A stretch of DNA of 64,000 nt, from IMG/VR virus record IMGVR_UViG_3300024935_000002; one strand, given 5' to 3'. Below the pieces are notes generated by a model. The model had not been told where the DNA came from. It saw only the letters and a list, made by a program, of their open reading frames with translations, and did not search any database. This document shows positions 9,742 to 19,324 of this stretch, piece by piece. The number at the start of each line of letters is the position of its first letter. Position 1 is the stretch's first letter. A program made the translations under genes and the position numbers. The stretch is from an uncultured virus (IMG/VR IMGVR_UViG_3300024935_000002) (taxonomy: Duplodnaviria > Heunggongvirae > Uroviricota > Caudoviricetes).

Positions 9742-10907
9742 CGCTGGAGAAGTTTTCGGGCATCAACAACGTGGTGCCGCAGGAGCGGCTGGACACCACG
9801 GATCTGACCGTGGCCACGAACGTGGACATTGGGCTCACGGGCGAGGTGTGGCGGCGCGGCGGGTATTCAGTGGCGACCGATGGGTGCCACAAGAACGTGC
9901 ATGAAGGCGTGGGCTTCAAGCTGGCCACCGCAGAAGGCGCTTTGGTGGGCATCGCGCCCGATAGCGCGAAGACTGTCCTGCACCCAGCCCTGGGCGGTGC
10001 GCGGGTCTGGTACTGCAATTTTCCCGATGGGCGTACGGCGTTCTCCAACGGCCTGGTCCGCGGACTCACCGATGGCAAGGTGGCGACCGAGTGGGGTGTG
10101 CCAGAGCCTGACAGGGCAGGGGCCGCATCGCCCGTGGCCGGCGCATTGCACCCCGGCGAGTATCGCTACGTCCTTACCTATGTGCGCCTGCTCGATGGCC
10201 TCGAAGGCGCTGGCCTGTGGAGCGCGCCGGTGCAATTGCCCGATGGAGGCATCCTGTTGATGAACCTGCCCCAGCGGGAGGGCTACAAGATCAACGTGTA
10301 CCTCACCGGCGCCAACGGCACATCCGCGCACCTGGCGGGCAGCACGCTGACCAACAGTTTCAGCTACCTGGGCGCCAATGACGCGCTCGTGACCCCATAT
10401 GCCACGGACGGGCTGGTGCCTGCGCCTGCGGGTATCTGCCTGGCCTTTTGGCGCGGCCGGGCCCTCATCGCGGTGGGCAAGGTGCTCTATGCCTCGCGCC
10501 CGCACCAGTGGGAACTGTTCGACCCTCGCAAGGACTTCAAGCAGTTCAGCTCCGACATCACCCTGGTGGAGCCCGTCAAGAGCGGGATCTACGTGGGGAC
10601 AGGCACCGAGCTGGCATTCCTGGGCGGTGTGGACTTCGACTCTCTGGCCTATGACAAGGTCATGGACGGGCGTGTGGTTCTGGGCTCTGGTGTTTCGGTG
10701 AGCGGCGATCAGGTCAAGGCGGGTGACGGTACCGGGGCTGGCCGGGCCATGATGTGCATTGCTGGCGGCGAGATCGTGGCCGGGTTCGATGGCGGCACGC
10801 TCTCGCACCTGAGCGCCAACCGGTACACCACCGACGTGCGCGAGGTCGCGGCCACCTTCCGCAAGGTCAACGGCATCCCGCAGTACATCGCGGTGGCCCA
10901 GCAATGA
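9735..10907 (+). CDS. Tail structural protein (nozzle-like)
   Basis: FSGINNV start, beta-rich, tail operon position. Confidence 0.55.
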   Translation: MLTLEKFSGINNVVPQERLDTTDLTVATNVDIGLTGEVWRRGGYSVATDGCHKNVHEGVGFKLATAEGALVGIAPDSAKTVLHPALGGARVWYCNFPDGRTAFSNGLVRGLTDGKVATEWGVPEPDRAGAASPVAGALHPGEYRYVLTYVRLLDGLEGAGLWSAPVQLPDGGILLMNLPQREGYKINVYLTGANGTSAHLAGSTLTNSFSYLGANDALVTPYATDGLVPAPAGICLAFWRGRALIAVGKVLYASRPHQWELFDPRKDFKQFSSDITLVEPVKSGIYVGTGTELAFLGGVDFDSLAYDKVMDGRVVLGSGVSVSGDQVKAGDGTGAGRAMMCIAGGEIVAGFDGGTLSHLSANRYTTDVREVAATFRKVNGIPQYIAVAQQ

Positions 10908-12991
10908 GCCAGCTCACGCCCAACAACTGGATGACGCTGGAGGGCGCGCCCGTGACCGGCGCCACCCCGCCGCGCCTGATCGTGGTTGAGGGCGTGATGA
11001 CCGACCGACAGCATGCGCTGGTGATCCATGAGTACACCACCTTCTGCCTGCGCAAGACGACTTCCATTTGTGAGCACTTGACCGAGAACCGTGTGCTTGC
11101 GGACGGTACGCGCGTGTTCATGGAGTCCATTCAGGGCAAGGACCGGGTGAAGGTGTGGCCTGCCGCAACGGTGGCCGGTGGTGGGAAGGCCTTCATTGCC
11201 GTGCCGGCCTACGTGAATCTGGGGTTCGCGCCGATCTTTGATCGCCCGGTCATCGACCTGAGCGGTGATGAAAAGCCGCCGTACCCAGAAGAGCCAGAGT
11301 TTGACCTCCCCTTTCCGGTGCAGCAGTTCGCGCCCATCGTGCGCGTACGGTTCAGCCAGGAATACGGGGCGGTGGTGTCTTTCCCCGAGGCGCCGGGTAG
11401 CTTCTTTCGGAACATCACCTATCGCTCCGCCATCACCGCAGGCGGCGAAGAGACCTATTCGCTGGATGGCTCGCTCACCTGGACCAGCTCCATCCTGTTC
11501 GACCTGGTGAATGCGCCGCTCGTGCCCATGGCGTTGCCAGACCCTGAGAACCCGGACAAGTTCTACAGCGCGGAATACAACAATGCCGGCGCCAACCCGG
11601 ACGACTTCACACCAGGGGAAAACCTTGGGCCTTATTCCAACGTCTATTTCTTCATTCGCACGGGGGCGAACGCATTTTCTGGCGCAACGCAGTACAAGGA
11701 TTTCGTGCCCGGCGGAGCGACCGGGATTGCCGTGTCGGTGTCTGCTGCGCTGTGGACTGAATACCAGTCGCAGGAGGCCGCCGCCGCAGCCCTGAATGCA
11801 ATCTACGAGGCGGCCTACTTGGCTGCCGTGGAGGCCTGGGGCATTGCGCACGAAGAGTGGCTGGCCACCACCTACCAGGCGTGGCTGGATGCCTGCCAGG
11901 CCATTGACGATATGTACCCACCTCTGGGCCCGTACCCGGGCATGGCCGAGCTGCGTGCCGAGCAGCGGGCAATCCAGCTGATTGCGTTGCGCAATTGGCT
12001 GGACGGTGGCGTGCAGAGCAGCCCGCACCTGGCTGCGCGCATGCTGGAGTTCCCATGGAATATTGCGACCAAGCCTGCCAGCACGCTGCCCACCTTGGGC
12101 GAGGTGACGGCATCGGGCCCGAATGGCGATGACATCGACCGCTATCTCGATTTCACCGTGATGGGCGCTGATCGCCTCGCCACGGTCCCTGACCCGATCA
12201 CCGACAACCCCATCGACGAGGCCCAGTTTGGGCACGACGCTCCGCACCCCCTGGGGCGCGATTTCGCCATGCCCAAGTGCCTGTTTGGCTGGGTGGCGAA
12301 CGGCACCTATCAGCGGTTTGCCGCCTACCGCGCGTTCCACAACGCTGAGCCGCCCGAGGTGCGTCCCCACGACCTGAGCACCATCGCGTTTGACGTGCGC
12401 TCGCAATATGACCAGTTCCTGGCTGCGGGCGTGGTGCGCGCCACCACCAACGACGCCCGGGTGAACTCCGATGGGTATGTGCCGCCAGGCACGCGGCTCA
12501 CTGTGGTGCACCTGGAATACGAGGTTTTCGATCTGTTCACGGGGCTGTGGATCTGGACGCCGTGCTTTGACATCCGCCGCTTCGATTCGCTATGGATCGC
12601 CAGCCTGGGCCGGTACACCATGCCGCCCGCGCCTGTGCCGCCCGATGGTGCCGACCGGCCGCGCCGTGTGCGCGTGCGCAAGGTGCAGACGCTGCGGCGC
12701 AAACCCGACATGACCTGGAGCGTCCCCGAGCTTGTGGACCCCAAGAAGCTCAAGGACGAAGGGGTGTGGGACAAGGAAGTGCTGGCGGGCACGGGCAACA
12801 ACCCGTTCGCCGTGGTCATTTTCGAGGGCCTGCCGCCAACCGCTTTCCCCATCGCCAACGGCGTGTTATCGCCGCCGCTGTGGAGTGGCGACCTCAAGAT
12901 CATCCGCGAGCTGCTGGCGCAGGAGTGGGATGGCAGTCTCAACATTCCGCCGCTGGTTGCCCACGCGCTGGACATCACCAAGAAGGTTTGA
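10904..12991 (+). CDS. Tail-associated protein
   Basis: ATGA overlap with the upstream stop; long ORF with phage codon usage. Confidence 0.6.
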   Translation: MSQLTPNNWMTLEGAPVTGATPPRLIVVEGVMTDRQHALVIHEYTTFCLRKTTSICEHLTENRVLADGTRVFMESIQGKDRVKVWPAATVAGGGKAFIAVPAYVNLGFAPIFDRPVIDLSGDEKPPYPEEPEFDLPFPVQQFAPIVRVRFSQEYGAVVSFPEAPGSFFRNITYRSAITAGGEETYSLDGSLTWTSSILFDLVNAPLVPMALPDPENPDKFYSAEYNNAGANPDDFTPGENLGPYSNVYFFIRTGANAFSGATQYKDFVPGGATGIAVSVSAALWTEYQSQEAAAAALNAIYEAAYLAAVEAWGIAHEEWLATTYQAWLDACQAIDDMYPPLGPYPGMAELRAEQRAIQLIALRNWLDGGVQSSPHLAARMLEFPWNIATKPASTLPTLGEVTASGPNGDDIDRYLDFTVMGADRLATVPDPITDNPIDEAQFGHDAPHPLGRDFAMPKCLFGWVANGTYQRFAAYRAFHNAEPPEVRPHDLSTIAFDVRSQYDQFLAAGVVRATTNDARVNSDGYVPPGTRLTVVHLEYEVFDLFTGLWIWTPCFDIRRFDSLWIASLGRYTMPPAPVPPDGADRPRRVRVRKVQTLRRKPDMTWSVPELVDPKKLKDEGVWDKEVLAGTGNNPFAVVIFEGLPPTAFPIANGVLSPPLWSGDLKIIRELLAQEWDGSLNIPPLVAHALDITKKV

Positions 12992-12994
12992 ACC

Positions 12995-13429
12995 ATGACC
13001 ACCATCGTCATGAACACCCTCACCGGCGCGGTGAGTGAGTACGACTGGGATTTCCAGTCCATCACGCCCACCCACGCAGGTTCTGCTGTGGCGCTCTACG
13101 AGCTGGGCGGTGACACCGACGCCGGGCGACCCATCGACGCCACGATCACCACCCCCAAGCGGGTGTGGGGCGAAACCACCAAGAGCCTGATGGCGGGCGT
13201 CTATTTCGCCATGCAGAGCGCGGGTAACGGGGTGCTGCAGGTGCACACACCGAGCGATACCTATTCCTATCCGGTGCAGTCCCTGCCTGATGGCGTTTCG
13301 CGTGGCGTGCCTGGGCGTGGCATCCGCGAGAACTACCTGGGGTTCTCCTACAAGAACGTGGCCGGTGCCTTCTTCCGCATCGACCGCATGGAGATCCCTT
13401 CCATCAAAACGAAATCTCGGAGGCTCTAA
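12995..13429 (+). CDS. Virion structural protein
   Basis: Operon position, 144 aa. Confidence 0.55.
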   Translation: MTTIVMNTLTGAVSEYDWDFQSITPTHAGSAVALYELGGDTDAGRPIDATITTPKRVWGETTKSLMAGVYFAMQSAGNGVLQVHTPSDTYSYPVQSLPDGVSRGVPGRGIRENYLGFSYKNVAGAFFRIDRMEIPSIKTKSRRL

Positions 13430-15277
13430 ATGGCCAGCGCAGCAGAACTTGTCAACAACACCTTCGCCCTCGCCCAGGGCTATGCGCAGAGCGCGCAGCA
13501 AAACCTGACGTCTTTTGCTGATCGCCTGAAGAACGCGATCTACACCCCGCCTACCCTGAGCGTCACATGGACAACGCTGGGGGCGCCCACGCTCGCGGCC
13601 ATGCCCACGGCGCCGACGATGCCCACCATCAATTTTGATCCGGGCATTCTGGGCAACGCGCCGAGCCTGTTCAACGAGGACGCGCCGAGCTTGGCGATTT
13701 CGGACTTCACGGACGATGCGCCGGTCCTGATCCTGCCCACCGCCCCGGCCATCAGCTATGGAGACATCCCGGCTGTGCCCTCTATTGGGACGGTGGCGGT
13801 CCCAGATGCGCCCATGGTGAGCATGCCTGCCGTGCCCACCTACGTGAGCATCAATGCCGTGCCCTTCGGCGGCATCGACCTGCACGACGAATGGCTCGAC
13901 AGCTTGGGCGACCGGCCTACGCTGGAGCTGGCCGCGCCCACGCCGTATTCCTACGCGCGAGGGCCTGAGTACGCCTCCGAGCTGCTGGACAAGCTGAAAT
14001 CGGTGCTTGATGCCCGCATGAGCGGTGGCACCGGCTTGGACCCTGCGGTGGAGCTGGCCATCTGGGACCGCGCGCGCGGCCGCGAGACGCAGATTGCCTT
14101 GGCCAACGTGGCTGAGGTGATGCGCACCAGTGAATCTTTCGGTTTCTCCTTGCCCACGGGGGTGCTGGCGGCCCAGCTGCGCGATGCCCAGCGGGACTAC
14201 TACGACAAGCTCTCCGGTCTGTCCCGCGACATTGCCATCAAGCAGGCGGACCTGGAGCAGGAGAACCTGAAATCCGCCATTGCAGCCGGCATGCAGCTGG
14301 AGCAGCAGCTGATTACCTACTCCTACCAGATGGAGCAGCTGTCTTTCGAGGCCTCCAAAGCCCTGGCCGACAACGCCATCCAGATCCACAACGCGGCCAT
14401 TGAGCAATTCAAGGGGCTGCTGCAGGGCTACCAGACCTACGCCAGCGTCTACAAGACCATCATCGACGGCCAGCTGGCCAAGGTGGAGGTGTTCAAGGCG
14501 CAGCTGCAGGGTGAGCTGGCCAAGGCCGAGATCAACAAGGTGCTGGTGGAGCAGTACAAGGCCCAGATCGAGGCCGGCATGTCGCAGGTCAAGATTTACG
14601 AGGCCCAGGTGGGCGCGGCCAAGACCCTGGTGGAGTTGGAGCAGGCCAAGATCGGCGCGGCGGGCGAGCAGATCCGTGCCTACGTGGCCCAGGTCAACGC
14701 CGAAACCTCCAAGGTCGAAGCGTACAAGGCCAGCGTGCAGGCTGAGGCGACCAAGATCGACATTTGGAAGACCAAGGCGCAGGTGTACGGCATCCGGGTG
14801 GGGGCGCAGGCCGAGCACTCGCGCGCGCTGATCTCGCGCTACCAGGCCCTGATTTCTGCCAAGACGGGGGAGTGGGAAGGCTACCGGGCCCGCGTGCTGG
14901 CCGAAAGCACCCGTATCGAGGCGCTGGGCAAGCAGTCCGGGGCGCTGCTCGATGGCTTCCGCGCACAAACCCAGGCGCTCAGCGCACAGGCCGAGCTGCA
15001 GACCAAGGTCTGGGAATCCAACATGAAGCAGTACGAGGCGGGCGTTCAGGTGGCGATGCAGGCCGCCAAGATCAACAACGACGCGGCCATCCAGACCAAC
15101 AACGCGCGCCTCGATGCGGCCAAGGCCGGCACGCAGGTGTACGCACAGCTCACGTCGAGCGCCTACAGCATGATGCACGCGAACGCGGGCATCAGCGGCA
15201 GCGCGTCCATGGGGGTGAGCTACAGCTACAGCGGTGATGTGACCGGTACGGTACCGGCGATCTCTTCGCCGGGCTAA
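13430..15277 (+). CDS. Virion protein: Pro-rich N-terminus, long helical repeat C-terminus
   Basis: Repeats such as YKAQIEA and YEAQVGA. Confidence 0.6.
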   Translation: MASAAELVNNTFALAQGYAQSAQQNLTSFADRLKNAIYTPPTLSVTWTTLGAPTLAAMPTAPTMPTINFDPGILGNAPSLFNEDAPSLAISDFTDDAPVLILPTAPAISYGDIPAVPSIGTVAVPDAPMVSMPAVPTYVSINAVPFGGIDLHDEWLDSLGDRPTLELAAPTPYSYARGPEYASELLDKLKSVLDARMSGGTGLDPAVELAIWDRARGRETQIALANVAEVMRTSESFGFSLPTGVLAAQLRDAQRDYYDKLSGLSRDIAIKQADLEQENLKSAIAAGMQLEQQLITYSYQMEQLSFEASKALADNAIQIHNAAIEQFKGLLQGYQTYASVYKTIIDGQLAKVEVFKAQLQGELAKAEINKVLVEQYKAQIEAGMSQVKIYEAQVGAAKTLVELEQAKIGAAGEQIRAYVAQVNAETSKVEAYKASVQAEATKIDIWKTKAQVYGIRVGAQAEHSRALISRYQALISAKTGEWEGYRARVLAESTRIEALGKQSGALLDGFRAQTQALSAQAELQTKVWESNMKQYEAGVQVAMQAAKINNDAAIQTNNARLDAAKAGTQVYAQLTSSAYSMMHANAGISGSASMGVSYSYSGDVTGTVPAISSPG

Positions 15278-15315
15278 AGGAGCCAGGCACTTGTTTTCCA
15301 GCAACCGCAAACCCT

Positions 15316-15353
15316 GCATAGGGCTTTGCGGGCCCCTGGCTGGTGTCAACAAT
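15316..15353 (+). promoter_or_regulatory. Late promoter motif copy 4 (GCATAGGGC-N23-AACAAT)
   Basis: Conserved motif and spacing. Confidence 0.75.
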
Positions 15354-15379
15354 TCCGGCAGATGAATAAAGGAGTCCCC

Positions 15380-17143
15380 ATGCGAGGCTTTCAACCCAAT
15401 ATGGGCGCGATGAAGCGCCACAAGAAGGCGGCGGGCCAGCACTACGCCAACGGCGGCATGGTTCGCGGACCCGGTACCGGCACTTCCGACGAGGTGCCCG
15501 ACGAGGTTCCACCCGGCACGTACATCATGCCGGCCGACTCCACCGCCGAAATGGGCGAGGAAGCGCTGGAGTCCATGGGCAAGAAGCCCATGCTGCCCGG
15601 CGAAGAGGCGGCCGAGGGCGAGGTGCCGGTGAGCCTGAGCAATGGGGAGTTCAAGCTGCCGCCAGAGCAGGTGCATGCTGTGGGCGTGCAAGCATTGGAA
15701 GCCATGAAGAACGCTACGCACAAGCCGGTGCGCGGCTTCGCCCCCCAGGCACAGCCGGAAGAGCCCCGCCAATTCTTTGCCAACGGGGGCCTTGTGCAGG
15801 ACGAGGAAAAGCAGCGCTTGGCCAATCAGACGGCCATGTACGTGCGCGGCGCGCAGGAGTCGGCCGCCACTCGCCCAGCAATGCCGCCCAGTCCACCGCA
15901 GGCAGCCACCACGAGCCAGATTGCACCCACCCCTGCACCAGCCGCCGCTGGCTTTATGCCTGGCACGCGCGCCGTGTTCAACGAGTCCGGCAAGGCCATC
16001 GGTGATCTTGCCAAGCAAGGGCGGTATGGCGCAGCCGCTGGGGAAACCGCACGCGCTGCACTGGCCTACGCGCCGGCTGTTGTTGATGACGTGGTGGGCG
16101 GCGCGCTCCGTGCTGTGGCGCCTACGGTCGTAGATGCCGGCAAGCAGTTCTTTGGTACTGCAGGCACGTCCATGGCACAGGCGCCAGCCCCTAGCGTCAC
16201 GGCCAAGCCGGCTGCCATGCCCATGCCTTCGGCGTCTCCCGCACAGGCGCAGCCTGCTACTGCGGCCACAGCACCGGTAGGGGAGCCCGCCGCCACGCCC
16301 GCCGCACAGCCACTCGCTGGAGGCCCGATTTCTGCGCAGAACAACGCAGCGGCGGAAGCGCTCTCTGCGCCCCGTGCAGTTGGCTTCGCGCCTGGCGTGG
16401 CCTCAACGGCGCCTACTGCTCAGGTGGCGGCCCCTGTTGTCCGCAATTCCACCAATGATTGGGCTGCACGCAACGCGATTCGCAGCGCGCAAGTGTCCGC
16501 CAGCTCGATCACCAACGATCCGTCGCGCATTGGCGCACGTGCCGCTGCGCTCAGCCCTGACAACCTGGCCTTTCAGGCAGCGCTCAAAAATGACCAGGTG
16601 CTGCAGCTGGCCCAGCCAGGAATGGACTTGGCCGCCATGCGCGAGAACTCTGCGCTCCAGCGAGAAGGCATGCAGCAGTCCGGTGCTGACCAGCGTTCGG
16701 CACGCGGTTTTCAGATCGACAACCGCCGAGCGGCCGTCGAGGAAAAGCGCGCCGCAACCGAGGCGGAGGCACGTGGCTTTGACATTCGCCAGGGTTACCG
16801 CCAGGAGAAACTGAGCGAGCGTTACGACGCTGCAAAGACGCCCGAGGAAAAGGCCGCCATCGCACAGCAGATCCGCGATCTGTCCGGCAAGCAGACGGAA
16901 TCGCCATGGAAACTCCAGGTGACGCCGACCACGAAGAATGCTGATGGGTCCACTACCGAGGGTAGTGTGATCCGCTACAACCAGCAGACGGGTGCGGTTG
17001 AGCGTGTGGATGCGGGGCAGGGGGGACGTGCAGGAAGCCCTGCGCCACATGATGCTTCGCAGCGTCGGGTTGGCACGACTTACGCCCTGCCAAATGGGAA
17101 GATGGGCCAGTGGACGGAAAAGGGCTGGCTCCTGGTTGGCTAG
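15380..17143 (+). CDS. Probable internal virion (DNA ejection) protein
   Basis: AAGGAG RBS; GPGTGTSD/LSNGEF motif known from tape-measure-type proteins; Ala/Gln-rich; precedes the giant virion protein. Confidence 0.6.
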   Translation: MRGFQPNMGAMKRHKKAAGQHYANGGMVRGPGTGTSDEVPDEVPPGTYIMPADSTAEMGEEALESMGKKPMLPGEEAAEGEVPVSLSNGEFKLPPEQVHAVGVQALEAMKNATHKPVRGFAPQAQPEEPRQFFANGGLVQDEEKQRLANQTAMYVRGAQESAATRPAMPPSPPQAATTSQIAPTPAPAAAGFMPGTRAVFNESGKAIGDLAKQGRYGAAAGETARAALAYAPAVVDDVVGGALRAVAPTVVDAGKQFFGTAGTSMAQAPAPSVTAKPAAMPMPSASPAQAQPATAATAPVGEPAATPAAQPLAGGPISAQNNAAAEALSAPRAVGFAPGVASTAPTAQVAAPVVRNSTNDWAARNAIRSAQVSASSITNDPSRIGARAAALSPDNLAFQAALKNDQVLQLAQPGMDLAAMRENSALQREGMQQSGADQRSARGFQIDNRRAAVEEKRAATEAEARGFDIRQGYRQEKLSERYDAAKTPEEKAAIAQQIRDLSGKQTESPWKLQVTPTTKNADGSTTEGSVIRYNQQTGAVERVDAGQGGRAGSPAPHDASQRRVGTTYALPNGKMGQWTEKGWLLVG

Positions 17144-17586
17144 CGCTTCGCCGGAAAGCCGACTTCCTCGTCAGACAAATACTTTGGTGGCTGCTGCGAC
17201 TGGACCGGAACCTCTTGTCGCGGTCCTTGTTCTGTTGCCAGCGGGGAAGCCCTCTGTGTCCTTGTTCCATTTCCGGTGCTGAGGGCGACAGTGAGCAAGA
17301 TGCCGAGGATTGGCATGGCCACCACGGCACGGGCGGCCCACTTCCAAATTGCCGGCCCGGTGTATCTCCCGGCTGAACGCCAGAGCCCGATGTACCAGGC
17401 CAGCATGTAGGCAAACATCATCAGTGCCCAGACTTGATACAGCCCAGGGCTGATCCCTCTGAGGCCTCCAAGTGCCATGCCTGCAGCAGCCCCAGCCACA
17501 ATGCCGTGCAGCCAGAACATTCTGGCGAGCGGTATTTCTCCTGACACGAATGCGGCTATTGGGTTGCGTTGCGCTGTCGCGGCCAT
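17140..17586 (-). CDS. Three-TM membrane moron, candidate superinfection exclusion protein
   Basis: AGGAGG RBS, own extended -10 (TGaTACAGT), three hydrophobic segments, polar C-tail ending KYLSDEEVGFPAKR. Confidence 0.7.
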   Translation of the reverse strand: MAATAQRNPIAAFVSGEIPLARMFWLHGIVAGAAAGMALGGLRGISPGLYQVWALMMFAYMLAWYIGLWRSAGRYTGPAIWKWAARAVVAMPILGILLTVALSTGNGTRTQRASPLATEQGPRQEVPVQSQQPPKYLSDEEVGFPAKR

Positions 17587-17622
17587 AGTGCTCTCCTCCT
17601 AGCGGGACTGTATCAGGGAGCC

Positions 17623-17652
17623 AAAAACGACAAAGCCCGCCGAGGCGGGCTT
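17623..17652 (-). terminator. Terminator hairpin
   Basis: Inverted repeat AAGCCCGC/GCGGGCTT with a T tract on the minus strand. Confidence 0.7.
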
Positions 17653-17670
17653 CAACAGAAGCAAACAAAG

Positions 17671-17934
17671 CTAGAAAGCGGACTCCTGCACTTCATTGTT
17701 CGCGGACATTGTCAATTTTGACTTTATTCCATTGGACTTGCTTTGGAGTGCGCGCTGGGCCCAAACAACGAGTGGGCTTCTTTCCACTCGTGCCTCTTCG
17801 CGCTGTTGATTCTCTGCGAAGGTCTTGTAGATCGAGCGATTTGTGCGATCGCCAGCCTCTGAATCAAGGTCTTTCAGTGACACGACACGCGTCGGCTTCT
17901 CAGAAGCCAGAACATCATTCAATGTGATCATCAT
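17671..17934 (-). CDS. Small hypothetical protein in the moron operon
   Basis: AAGGAG RBS; directly downstream of the Ntn-like gene. Confidence 0.6.
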   Translation of the reverse strand: MMITLNDVLASEKPTRVVSLKDLDSEAGDRTNRSIYKTFAENQQREEARVERSPLVVWAQRALQSKSNGIKSKLTMSANNEVQESAF

Positions 17935-17949
17935 TCTGCTCCTTCAACA

Positions 17950-19218
17950 TCAATCCAGGGAGCGGCTAAGCCTCGTAGCATACCTCAAGTTCAAATCGGG
18001 CTCGAAGTAGTGTTTACGCTTGATCCATACCAAGCCCTCTGTCTTTGTGATCGCCGCTACGTCAATCGGACCGCCAACCGATTCTGAGGGTGATGTTACG
18101 CGCTCCTTCAATGACTCCAAGCCGAGAAGTGATTCCGCAAGATGGGCCATTTCTGAAATGCTGAGCGACTGAATCACTGATATCAGAGGATGAAAGTTTC
18201 GCTTCCAGTTCTCTGCCTTCCATTCACTCGTGAAGCGGCTGTGGCAATCGTCTGTGATGGTTGCAACAAGGGCAGGGGGCACCTCAATGCCCGCCGCCGA
18301 CAGCTGCTCGAAAACATTGCCAAGGGCATTTCGACTTTGGGTACCAATGATTGAGGCCAGAGATGATCCGAAGCCATCAGTGAACATGTCAATCATGGAC
18401 GTCTGGGCGAGCGGTTGGATCATGGCCGTTCCATCGCGATCAACTTCGTAGGTATTTTTCTTCTCATGACAAAGTTCATCGCCAATATGCCCGAACACCT
18501 CGTACTGCTCATATGCGGGATAAATCTGATCTTCGCCATACCCTGCAACGACGACGCCTGTGTTTCCAAGAAGCATCGACGGGGCGCAGTAACGTAGTCG
18601 ATGGCCCATTTCTGCTAGTTGGACAGGATTTACTCCTTCAAGCGCAGGAACCACCGCTACTTGTTCGGCGGCTCTTTGACTCCAAGTTTTCAGGTCTGTC
18701 AGCACTTCCTCCAAACGGGCTCTGGAAAGTGATTGGTGAATTCCCCTGTCCGTAAGCAACTGGTCCAATTTGATTGCCGCTCGATTCCACATCACGGCCC
18801 GGTCAGCGGGACTGACATTCGCCTCAAATATCCCCTTTTCATAGGCCCGCGCCTCTTGCAGCAAGAGCGCTATCGCGTTGTCAAACTGGTCAGTTATCCA
18901 ATTTTTGCGCGTCTCTACTGGGAAGAGCTTGTTGTTAGAACTCAGGTACGAGAAAAGTGCCGCTCCGTACTCAGCGAGCGTGTTGAACTTCGCGCCGTCG
19001 ATATGCGCTCTAAATAGCTTTAAAGCTACTTCCCAGGGCACAGTGTCCACTGAGGCGCTCCCATAGATGGCTGCGGCCACGTTGCCGTGTTTACTCAGTT
19101 CGAAGATTTTGTTGGCAGATTTTGAATATCTCGGGTGCTCGCCGCCCGAGGTCGTCACCGCGCTATCGGCGCCAATCACGATTGCACGCTTGTTGAGAAT
19201 AAGCACTTCACTGGTCAC
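17950..19218 (-). CDS. Proteasome-beta/HslV-like Ntn hydrolase with large insertion (moron)
   Basis: GTG start after AGGGAG gives (M)TSEVLILNKRAIVIGADS..NKIF..IYG, and C-terminal SVGGPIDV; lower GC than flanks. Confidence 0.65.
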   Translation of the reverse strand: MTSEVLILNKRAIVIGADSAVTTSGGEHPRYSKSANKIFELSKHGNVAAAIYGSASVDTVPWEVALKLFRAHIDGAKFNTLAEYGAALFSYLSSNNKLFPVETRKNWITDQFDNAIALLLQEARAYEKGIFEANVSPADRAVMWNRAAIKLDQLLTDRGIHQSLSRARLEEVLTDLKTWSQRAAEQVAVVPALEGVNPVQLAEMGHRLRYCAPSMLLGNTGVVVAGYGEDQIYPAYEQYEVFGHIGDELCHEKKNTYEVDRDGTAMIQPLAQTSMIDMFTDGFGSSLASIIGTQSRNALGNVFEQLSAAGIEVPPALVATITDDCHSRFTSEWKAENWKRNFHPLISVIQSLSISEMAHLAESLLGLESLKERVTSPSESVGGPIDVAAITKTEGLVWIKRKHYFEPDLNLRYATRLSRSLD

Positions 19219-19280
19219 GAGCATCTCCCTGGTCATTTCTCCTCAAGGTAGCGTACCAGAGCAACACAGTTCGTCCCCCA

Positions 19281-19318
19281 GCATAGGGTTAGGGCTCTGG
19301 TGAAGGGCAGGCCATCCT
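19281..19318 (+). promoter_or_regulatory. Late promoter motif copy 5 (GCATAGGGT-N23-CATCCT), probably leaderless
   Basis: ATG 19325 lies 7 nt after the hexamer. Confidence 0.75.
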
Positions 19319-19324
19319 GGGGGG

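Noticed and set aside
12866..16018. 1050-aa minus-strand ORF and similar long antisense ORFs (4211-6268, 10709-12511, 23744-25255, 25388-27073)
   Set aside because: Shadow frames of GC-rich plus-strand genes, with no RBS or motifs
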